Below, piece after piece: positions 51,001 to 63,000 of a DNA stretch of 64,000 nucleotides. The position numbers and the translations under genes were made by a program. The notes under the pieces are model-generated. The model had not been told where the DNA came from. It ran no database searches and worked only from the letters and a program-made list of their open reading frames with translations. How positions within the stretch are numbered: position 1 is the first letter of the stretch; each line of letters opens with the position of its first letter. The DNA is from Ophelia neglecta (lineage: Eukaryota): assembly GCA_965285935.1 (NCBI GenBank), contig OZ260666.1, positions 7,688,001 to 7,752,000 on the forward strand, written 5' to 3'.

Positions 51001-54000
51001 CTCTCTACCAGGGATTATCTCCGGAGTGGAGGAGTTCACCCGGTGCCCGTAATCTGTTCGGAGCAGAAGAGTTCACCCTGTTCTCGAAATCTGTGAGAAA
51101 CAGTGTAATGGACCATCCGCTCAGGCTTCAATCTGAGCTCGGAATATGTCAGGAGAGATGAAGTGCAAGCTCTGCTCGTAATTCATTTTGTACGGTTATA
51201 TTCATACCAAATGGTCTATAAATATAAAGTATAATTCATATTGGTATAAGAGAGATACTCAATTTCGGTGGAATTAAAATATAGTAGAAGAGTTTTAATT
51301 TACCACATTTGAAGTTTTTATTTACCTGTAAAACTTGCTATTTTCGGGTAGTAGGTTAGGAAGCCGTAACACATCTCATCAGTAGTGGACTCTCCATAAT
51401 TGGTGGTCTCCTTTCGGCTTTTGCTCTTGAAATGACAGATTGTTTTTATGGAGTCACCAGGGAGGAATTCAACGGGTTTTTCATTGCTGCAACGGACAGG
51501 GCAAAATTAATTTCAGACTTGGTTGCGGTTTCGTTGGTCACAAGCAAAATATCTGCTGCCACCCGCAATAGAATGTTGAAAGGATGTGAATTAAGTTTTT
51601 ACGTCCGAAGGTGGTCTTGAAACAGTAAATTCTTGGATGGGAAACCCATCCCGCGCCCTGAAATATTGAAGGGAAGACATATATGTTTTGCTTCCCACCC
51701 CACCCCCCGCGCCCTCATATACAGGGGCATACTCTTACTAACTCTTTTAGATGGTACTGCGCCTTGCGTAATACAGACTTACCTAAAGGAGATTGGCGTG
51801 TCGTAGCTGTACACGTCCTGTGTCACCAGGTCAGTCACCTTGGTACCATTACGGTAGTGCTCTATGTAACCTTTAGAGCCTGAGAAATAAATGAAATTTA
51901 AAGAAATTTAAGATGCCTCAGTGTAAAATAAAAGAAAAAAACATCGAGAAAATATATTTTGCTGTTATATATATTTCAAAATACACCACGGGATACATCA
52001 AAATGTAAGAATGCAAAGTTGAATATAACATATCCAACAAACCTCACAGAATATTCAACATAATGGAAACATGCCATGTTTTCGATAAGATTATGATATG
52101 AAAGTTGAAAGAAAGTATCTATCCAAAGTTAAACTAAAAACCCACACATGTATGTATATACTACCAGTTTTACCCTGATAAAACCCGGTAAATGGCACTT
52201 AAAATCAGCCTTGCCTAAACTGCATAACTACACTTGAAAGTTTCAACTGCATTATAAAAAACATTATGCTATAGCAGGTTTATTCATACCAGGTGTTTCC
52301 ATCACAAATTTTGACCACGTTATAGTTAGGATGTACTGGGAGGAACATAGACGTTCCTAGCGTTTCCGCTTAGAGCAATACGTACGGATTGTTTCTGCTG
52401 TTAGTATTGTTGTTGTTGGTTTTTTATCACTATGAATATCATAATTTACATGCAATAAGTCAAATATGATACATTTGATGCAAAATGGAAGATGAGGCAA
52501 TGGCTAGCCTTTTGGCTCCTAAATTGACCAAAGCTCTTAAGATATAAATTGTGCGTACTGGTTGATACTGATAAGTGTGTTTTGCTTTATCATCATATAG
52601 AATATGTCCAAAGTATGGTGTATTGTCCTCGAAACTAATCTGGGTGTTAGCAAATATCTTTGTATGGCGGACGAAGAATTTACCGTTTGAAACAAAAGTT
52701 GATATCTCTGAGCTACGGATATTTAATAACTATTAAGGTTCTTAAGCCATAAAGGTGTATATGTATAATATTATACTATATACGGGAGTATTTCGTGTTT
52801 TTGTGTCTAAGATAATGTGTATAATGGCGTATTTTCCATGTGTATATGCCTAAGATTAATGTATACACGGGCGTACTTCGTGTTTATATGGTTAAATCAT
52901 ATATGGTCGTATTCCGTACGTGTACAGTTATGCTCGCGACAGGCCGGTCCGATATTGGGGTAATATTGCAGTAATGTCCCAATAGTGTTGCAATATTGTT
53001 GAGACTTATTCTCGACCGTTTAGCGACATTTGTCGGCAAAGCCGCGACACGGCCGCAATGTTATTGCAACATGATCGCAACATGGGTCGCAATATGTGCC
53101 GACAGTGGCCTGCAGGCCGTCGGTGTTCTAGGCAGGTAATCAGTATACCAAAATTACTACGCGGCTGTCTCAGAGACGTCCTGTAAAAATTGTGACACTT
53201 GGGATTGAACGTTATTGATTGATCCTTGGATTTTGGTGCAGCTCGGCAAAATATTTTTCTGCTACTTAATTACCTCATGTTAGCGAGAGGTTTTTCTTGG
53301 TATTTTCGACTACATGTAGTTTTCTACAGTCATAGTTTTTCATAACCAGTGCCATGGTCTACGGCAGGTAATTAAATATCTACCTGTACATGTATATCGA
53401 CAGTAATTAATGCCCGTTCACGCAATATGGTGAAGATTGTAATGTACCCAGCCTTTTTATTGACGTATGCTTCACATGCTTTGAAGCAGGATGCATAGGC
53501 ATATATTGCTTATAATTTAATCATTCAGAATTAGAGGTACGCTTTGTAGCTTATGTCAAAAAACAATTGGAATTAAAAAGGTTAACACAATGATCCGCAT
53601 TATATGTACAAATGAATAAAGTAGAAAATTGTTTTATTAATGTCCGACACCTTTACTTACGTCTGATATCAAGCATTCAATCCAGAACATTGTGGTGACA
53701 AATAGGCCCCCAGCATGGTCTAGTCTCAGACTAACCATTTTCCCGCTCAAACTAGCCAGAAAGCATGTAAAATATTCTCTATGTCGTCCCTAAAAACTTA
53801 AATTAATTGAAGTGATGTCTCGCAATTATACATGTATCTAGCTGGTACTGAAAGTATTCCTGTAAGTTGCCGTATGCTGTAACCAAGCATTCCATTAATC
53901 CGGTCATGGCAGATCATCACATGAAAGGCAGCTTGCTGAATGGACTGTTTATGTAAGCAATCGGTACGCACACAAAGTGCTTGAAACATCAAGGGGTTGT

Positions 54001-57000
54001 CAGCCTGAGAAACACCCATTAAACACACGACGATTGACAGAAGTGTGGACAACAAAGCTGATAAGCTGAGGGGCAGCCGAGGCTTCCCCGGCTCCTCGGA
54101 CGCCGCGGGGTCGGCAACCGTCCCCTCCTGAGCCGTGGAGGGCACCCGTGGCTTGCTGGGCACGTCGACGGCCGCACTGCCCGCGGTGTCCGAGGCCCCC
54201 AGGATCGTCCCGTTCTGCCGGCTGCCGGCGGCGCGCCTGCCATGAGCCTTTAGGCTCGCATAGATTTCCATAATTACCAATGCCAAGGTCTAAGCAAATA
54301 ACTACATGTCTACTTTATGCCTTGTATCGCACCTATACCTGTATATCGATAGAAATTAATGCCCGTTCAAGCAATATGGTGATATATGAGTGTGTTATAC
54401 TCAGCTTGTGATATTGACGTATGCGGCCGCATGCTTTGAAGTAGAGAGCTGTTTATATTTTTTAATAGATTTGAACCATTTAGAGCCATGGGTAGACTCC
54501 GTAGCTTATGTCACAGAAACACATTTTGAATTCGAAGGAGTGAATAAAATACTTGTTTATTTTTAACAGAAAAATCGGCATTACATATACAATACTGACG
54601 TCTGATAGCACTTCTACAATCATAGTAATCCAGAACATGTAAAACATGAAATTACATTACAGATGTACATGTAAAGTTACTCATGTCATCCATATGTGCC
54701 ATAAAGTGTCAATTTCACTGGTATTCAGCCTTATAACCTTATGTGATTATACGCCGACGGAGGTGTAACGAAGTCCAGATACTATGGGATCATGGCGAAA
54801 AACTGCATCAAGATGCATGTGTGGGGCGGCATCAGCCGGCGAGGACCGACTTACCTGGCCGTGTTTGAAGGCATCATGAATGCCGAGTTTTACACCAACA
54901 CGATCCTGGATCAGGCATACCTACCATCAGTCAGAGAGCTATACCCGGAGGGATGCCGCATGTGGGCTGATAATGACCCAAAACACACCAGCAGATTAGC
55001 CTCTAGTTATCTTCAGGTAATAATATAGTGTAGTACATGTAGGCCTACATGTACATGTATATGCCTAATTGCATGCTATTAACTTGCCAGCCAGTAAATC
55101 AGCTTGTTCAAAAAATATTATTTGTTTCCGTACCCTTAATTTACAATATTACAAATATATATCGGTAATCTGAGTAGCCATATTAGTTTGGGTGCAATAT
55201 TATCTTAAACTATATTTTCAGGATCACAACCTGCCATGGTTCCGGAGTCCGGCTGAATCCCCAGACCTCAACCCAATTGAGTTAGTGTGGTACGCAATGA
55301 AGTATCGCGTGGCCAAGGCCAAAGTCACCACCAAAGACGAGCTGAAAGCTGCAATACTGAAGGCGTGGGATGAGCATTTGACGGTTGAACAATGCAACAA
55401 GTATATTGATCACATCCCCAAGGTAATACTTTATAACATTTCTTACGCGAAATTACTGGATTGGAACTTTACATTTTTAATTAACATTGGTCATACCTAT
55501 GGAATTTCACATTAATAGTCGGTTAAGTTAAACACGCAAACATTTGCCTCTTATTGCGTAATGCCTGTATTGTTCTGCTGTATCGACCATACACAAGCTG
55601 TCTACTAGAGAATGTGCGTCTTTGTTTACTGAAATTCAGTTTGAACGCCCAGTTGTGAACCGGCATTGTTCTCTGTTTGTTTAGTTAACAAGCTTGCGGC
55701 TATTCCAAGGCGTCGGATATCTTTGATGTGATGATTGAATCATCTAGTGAACATGAAGTAGGCTTAGATAAGCCTCGCTGGCAATAAGTGATGCGCCGCT
55801 ATTGCTCGAAACAATATTTTTGTCACTCTGTTGAACCTTGTTTTGCTTTTTCAGGTGCTGCCGAAAGTTTGTGAGGCAAACGGAGGCTATACTGGGTGCT
55901 AAATGGCCCTCTTGGATGAATAAAGCATATATATTACGAGCTACGAACATTGTTTTGTCCATTCCCATACACTTACAATAAAGCATTTAACGGGTTACGA
56001 GCATTGTTATGTATATTCCCATAGGCCTACATCTTCCCTATTTTGCTCCGTACTTTGTTAAAATAGTAATTACATAAGTTGAAAGTCTGGTATCACTAAA
56101 GAAATTTTACTACATAATAATGATACGATTGTGAAAATAAGTTAAATTGTTTCTAAACCGCTTATGGTATTCCGATATATTTGAACTCGGGCGAACACAG
56201 TGTTGAAAGCCGTTGAAGTTGAGACTAGCCAAATAAGCCGCGTCATAGATTATTGGTGCTCTATTAACATGAAACAATAAATACTTGCATATATCGGGTG
56301 AATATGCATACTAGCACTAGTCGCGCTACTTTCAGCCTAATTTTACTTCACATTCGACCGTATTCAGACCAAGGGCAAGAGGGACTATTTTATGTTCTCG
56401 CTGATACATGTACATGTATGTAGCAGTGAAGCGTCATTTACCGTCGACGCGCCCAGAATCTAGCCGACAATGTTGCAATAATTTTGCGGTGCACTTACGA
56501 CACGACCGCAATATTATTGCGGTAATGTCGACCAGGTATACGACATTATTGCAACATTATTGAGACCTCCATGCGACATTAGTGCGACCTCATGTTGCAA
56601 TATCGGACCGGCCTTTCGCGAGCATAACTGTATGTCTCAGATTAAGGTATGTTTGGGCAGGAATCATCGGGTATCTGTCCGTGAGCAAAAGTCTAAACTT
56701 TCCGTATTTGCCATGAAAATCAGAATATATACGGATTTTCCCAACATATACTCCTGCGGAAATGTCATTTGGGTTATTTTTTTCCGTACGTAACTAACAA
56801 TGTAATGTGAAGCCCAGAATTCAATATAAAGGTAACCAATTGGAAATTCCTTTATTTCTTCACAGCCAATTCGAACTTTTCTACTCACCTAGGTAATGCA
56901 TGTGTATTAGGGACTCGGCGATGAAGATGGGATGAGGGATTTGTTCAGTACAACTGCCGGGACACGTCGCCCAGGCCCTGTAGTCATCCTCACCGGGAGG

Positions 57001-60000
57001 AATGTGCAGGAATGCCTGTCCTGTCATCATCATCCCTCCGTCATTAGGCCGGAGATTAGGTGTGTAGTAGATCACCATACCGGAGCTGTCTGTGTAGTCA
57101 CTGCGTAGTTCAGGGTTGTTCCAATGTGTCTAGATATCAAGAGGTGCATTTTTAATTATTTATAATCATTGATATTAACTAACAGTGTTATATTACTTGT
57201 ATAGCGCATTAGCAATAATGAATATAAGTAGTATGCATAAGCAAATATTTCCTATCAGTAGTATTCATTGTCAGTGATCAGTAGTATGTAGTAGCAATGT
57301 TTAAGTATCAGAGGTATGAGTAGCAATGAGTTACTATTAGTAGTATGTAGTAGCAATGATTTACTATCAGTAGTATGTAGTAGCAATGATTTGATATCAA
57401 TAATAGGTAGTAGCAGTATTTTATCATCAGTAGGACCATGAATATGCCTGTAGTATCTAATGATCTCCGGCAACTTACCTCCATGAGGACCTTTTTGTAG
57501 CCTGTCTTGCCAATACGGAAGCCGAACGCCTCGTCCAGACAGTTGCCATTACCTCCAACTGCCCATATCAGAATCAGATCAGTGCAGTCAGCCTCCCCCA
57601 TTTCACACTCAGTAGGAGTGTCAGTCACATCTGTAATAGTAAAAGGGTGTATTTCATAACACTGGTGATTTACATGTAGATTTTTGTGTGAGTAGAGAAG
57701 GGGGGGGGGGGGTGCTGTATTTTATTGGTACACAGAACGGGAGTGGATACCCTGGCAGACAAAGCCAAATCATTGGTTAAGGACAGTCCAATAAAACGGT
57801 CCGAAATTATCAGGAACCAAATAGACCCGGAGGCACTCAAATAGGTCCCAACCCAAGAGAAGTGCTGATATATTACCCAGAACCACCTCGGGTCGGGCAC
57901 CCATTAAATTCCAAATGTGCTAGCCAGCCCACATACCTAATAACCTTAGTTCCTAAATATAGGTACTGTCATTTAGTGGAGAATTAATCCGTGTGAAAAC
58001 GGTTGGATTTTATAACGGTAATGCTAAATTCGATCCTTTCTGCATTCTCTTGTGAAACTTGATCATGAAAATGTTGCATTTTCATTATTGGACAGTTACA
58101 TCGTTTGAGTTGGGATCCGGTAAGCTATGTAAATAATTATGAATATTAGGTTCATTATAATTATTATTTCGGATCATATATATATCAGGAAATATTTGTA
58201 ACATGACTGCAAAACACGGCGATTATTGTTAGTAGTGTTCCCAAACTAGCTTAAAAGGTGTGTATTACTTCTTGTTTGTATTTTGAAAAGATTATTTGTA
58301 GGCAAAATGGGTAATCCGAAGTTCGCTCCGGGATCACACCATCACGTGATCTCGAGGCTAGGCGAGAGTATTACATCCATTTGGGTCAGCTAGCATATTA
58401 GGAAGTCATCTTGTTGGAGAATTAAATATGTCATCATCTTATTGTCAGTTCTGGACCGGGAGCAGCAATGTTGTATGTAATCTTTCCGGCTGTGAGTTAT
58501 TTATGTACACTTGTAATAAGTCGTTCCGGTTAGACATTATACAGGGATGAAAGCGTATCATTGTATTTTTTCCGACTGAACTGATTCAACCTCATCACAA
58601 ATCAAGTTCTTTCTAACTGTCAAATAAACTACCGTCGAGTGTCAGCACAGGCGTCGTCATCATTACTTAATGCCAAGAATCCAAAATATCTACAACATTT
58701 TCTTTTGCTTTAAAGATGAGTAATTTGAAAAGGCAAAGCCTCGAGCCGAGCGCAGAAGTGGACATGTTTTATTGATGTTTTAGCTAGATATTCTTTAATG
58801 AAGCTAAGCGTATTTCATTCTTTTATTAATGAATGGGTAAATGCTTTATGTACACAATCTCGGGTAACGAGCCAGCTCTCACGAGCGCTGCCCGTACGCC
58901 GTAACGTGCGGTTGGGAAAACGTGCGGTGCAATGGGCCTCGCAGTAAACGGAACCAGTATGGAACCCAAAGTGATTCATGGGTAATCTCTCCTCGAATAT
59001 TGCCACGGAAAGGTATGGGTACCCTTTCACTATATGAGTAAATGCTTTATGTACACATATGTTACTGTAAGAGCCTGGCTTCGCGAGTTAGGCCCTTCGG
59101 GCCTGCCTCGCTGCGCTCGGTATTAATATCACATGGGCTCGGTACCTGGAAGCTGTTCTAACACTTTAAATCGGAATAAAATCAGCATCAAAGTGTTCAA
59201 TTGGTCTTAACTAGCTGGATTTGGCATCAAACGAAGCCGTTTTATTCCTTAACCTTATTCTGAACAAAAAGTAGGTACCACAGACACCAATTTACTCGGG
59301 TCCCAGCTATGAACACTCAGGTTTGGCAATAGTTCCTGGCCATGAATAATGTAATGATTTAAACGGTTACAAACCCAATTGCCAATATTCAGTAAAACTT
59401 TATAAGATTTACCGCAGTTAATACTAGTATGTTTATGGAGATTTCAAAAAGGTTCGCACAATACTCACCCACGCTATCCTTACAGCCGTACAGCAGGCTG
59501 TGATGCATCACCTGGGTGTTGACGATGTGGGGTTCGGCGGCGATGATGTGGTAGTCTTTGTCCTCAGGGAGGGCGAACACCTGACAAACGTATGAGGTCT
59601 CCTTGGCCGGAACGGGGGATTCCGGGTGCGAAATACGCAGGGAATTGACTCCGTCTGACGGGGAATACAAAACACATATAATGATATAACAATGTACCTG
59701 GTTCCTAAATAACCAATACAAGGGACGATGGGTGTTAACATTCAATTCAACGTGATTCAATTCAATTTAAACGTGATTAAATAGAATCAAACAAACCGGG
59801 ACCTTCAACCCTTTATACACCTGGATAGAATGCTAAAACATGGAAACATTACTTTGCTATAGCTGATTGTAGGCTGAAACCTGAACCGCCACCTCCATTT
59901 CTAAAATAGTTCTCTGATTCACCCTTTGGAAACAATAAGCATTTGTCATGACTGTTGCAATTGATACTTTTCGTCACAAGCTCTTTCACAGTTTGGTAAC

Positions 60001-63000
60001 AGGGGAATGATGTTTATGATACGCAGCCGGCGGTTCCAAATTCTCTTGGACCGATTTTTTTGGAATAGTTTTGATTAAAGAGGTTGCTTGGTCTCTCCCG
60101 TCTTATGGAACAGTTACTTTATACATATAACTTCTGAGCTAAGAAAACTTATGCTATTCATTCACTCCTTCGAATCGCATTATATTTTAACAATAGACAC
60201 ATAACACGATATTTTGGGGCATACTACATCATTTGTTTTATCAAATATATATCATAGTGTACAAGGTGCTTACTCTTGAACTTGTTATAACAAGATGAAG
60301 AACCTTAAGGTTGTCAAATACGGACCTATATTAGAAAGGCAGTTCTATTGGATTTGCTATGAACCTATATTATATATTACATAGCTTGTAGGTTGCAATA
60401 ATTTTGATCATGTATTGTGTTGAAGCAATGTAATTGTTTGAATGAAGCTCGCCTTGGTTTTTTACATGCTCGATACAGGGGTTGATCTCGTCTCCCTTTT
60501 CACAGAAGTCGCCAAGTTCTTTGTTCTGGATCCGACACAGGGGACTGTCTATAGGCTCGCAGACCCCGGGATGACTGAGACCCGAGCTCATCGCAGGGGT
60601 CATGAACATTGACCACTCACAGTCCGGGTCTTCCAGCTCCTCTCCGTTAGTCTTACCATCGCCGTCGGAGTCGCGTTTACACAGACATTCGTCCCAGATC
60701 TGGGGAAACAACAACGAGGAACCATATTAGATTAATTCAACCTTTGTATGGCGTTCGGGAAATATGACTCCATCAAATTATGCCAAATTATTATTGCAGT
60801 AAGTTTATCAGGCACATTGCACCAATAAAAGTGTTTCTTAAAAATATTTAATGCCTTCATTATTTGCAGGAAATAAAGAGCTTTTTAACTATAACATAGG
60901 ATACAAATCAATTCATGAGTAACTATTTGCTGCTATATTGCACTAAGTAAACTATTAATCTGCCAGTAACATTAACCGAGTTAAAGCACACATGGGGGTG
61001 ATATGCATCGAGTAACATACGTTATGTTCACATACGTTTTGTTATAGTATTTGTATCTGCCTATTCGTACTTACTAATACTCGTCATTCCTGTGGCACTG
61101 ACAAAATATCTAACGATGTACGCACGAAACAGACTACATATCTCATACACATATCTAACGATATACCAGGACAGGGACTGCATATCTAACGATATACCAG
61201 GACAGGGACAACATATCTAACGATATACCAGGACAGGGACAACATATCTAACGATATACCAGGACAGGGACAACATATCTAACGATATACCAGGACAAGG
61301 ACGACATATCTAACGACACTAATATATGGCTAACTATATACCCACGAGACGGACTTAATATCTAACAGTATACCCACGACACGATTTTATTGCTTAATAA
61401 ATACCCGCGACTTGGACTACATACCTTTAGATATTCCCACGGCATGGGCTACATAGCTAAAGTTACCCGTGGGACACGGACTATACATCATATAATATAC
61501 CCTCCATATGGGGCACATGTAACAAACGAATTCTATGCATTACCCTTTCATGCAGAATGGTTCCACGGTTAGGGCATTTGTTCAAAATTTGCCCAATTTA
61601 CTGTTCGTGCACATTCCTAATGGGGTGAGCAGTTTGTTAATTGGAAAAAAAGTCGGCTTGGGACACATTGGCTTTGAAAGAAGTGACATTCACGTGTGTG
61701 TGTCCGTTTTATGTGTAAATAGATTGCGGTGATATTGGGGTCAAAATATAATTAAGTCATCATCCCTTTAGTTACCCTGACGAAAGGCCTAACATCAAAT
61801 CAAACGGTCGTCTGATTTTAGTCAACCTGTATCCACTTATTTTTATATCACAGGATCATTCAAATGAAGACGGCACAACCTTTATTCATGATTCCCTTTA
61901 GCAGTATCTATCGGCTGTATTTACTATGAATAAACATGTTGCTTATCCAGCACTACAACTGAATGCTTTTAAGTAGTATACGAAAAAACATTTCCACATT
62001 GCTACACAACTAAGGCCTGCCAAGCACTAGTTACTAATCCCAAACATTACACCATATAATATTTAACAAATATGTACCATGACTAGGGAAATATTTGACT
62101 CTCGGGAGGTATACGGTTAAATTTTACCATAGACCAAAGGTCGATGTAATGGAATTAATATTCTCCTTGGACGATCTTGAAAACCAACTCCTTACAGTCA
62201 ACTAGAAGATATTTGTGGGTACAACAGTCATACACTTTACAGCGTTCTAAGCAAACACGTTTGTTATGCACTACACCAGTTCCAGGGAAACTAATTTTCA
62301 CGTTTAGTGCACAATGGCAGAATAGCCAAATTAGGTCCATAGCTGTCAAGAAACCGAATAGCCAAATTTTTATAGATGTATGATATATTCCAATATACGA
62401 AATAACATCCAATTATACGAGAATAATAAGACATGACTTCAAGCAAAAATGATATTTAAGAAGAGGGGGCAAAACAAAAGAAGGGTTCGTACTAGCCCTG
62501 ATTGCTCTAATACGAAGATTATAAAACACTGCGATGCTACGACAAAGTTGCGACACACGCCGGTAATATATCGCGGTAATACCGGCGAGGTTACCGATAA
62601 TCTTGCGACATTATCACGGCTTAAACCGGCGTCTTTCCGACCTCATGTTGCGATATCATCAAGGTCTGTCGTAAGCAGAACTGTACCAGGACGGGGACTA
62701 CATATGTTTCCTTTTGCACCTGTCATAGCTGCGCAAATACACTACACTCCGAATGCAGTTCAATCGATCAATACCGTGTGCTGTAAAAATGCATCAAGCG
62801 ATACAGAAGAAAATGTACCTTTCCGTTTCGGTAGAAGTCGACTCCGAATTTGTTCCTAACGCCGCCACCACCGGGGTTTTTGTGGCCCATACCTTGCCAT
62901 GTATCGTTAGGCGTACATGGATTTGGCACCATTTCCCCGTTAGGGATCTTTTCTTGAAACATCGGGTACCCCAGACAGGAGGAACCGAAGGCTGCCAACA

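Noticed and set aside
50787-51161. 124-aa + strand ORF
   Set aside because: Falls on a degenerate repeat antisense within an intron; GTG start; no domain features.
61150-61316. CRISPR-like appearance of regular 31-bp repeats (also the 37-bp array at 50710-51185)
   Set aside because: Units are contiguous with no unique spacers, there are no cas genes, and the context is a eukaryotic intron.
62449-62859. 136-aa + strand ORF
   Set aside because: Spans a transposon-end relic and the antisense of monooxygenase exon 2.
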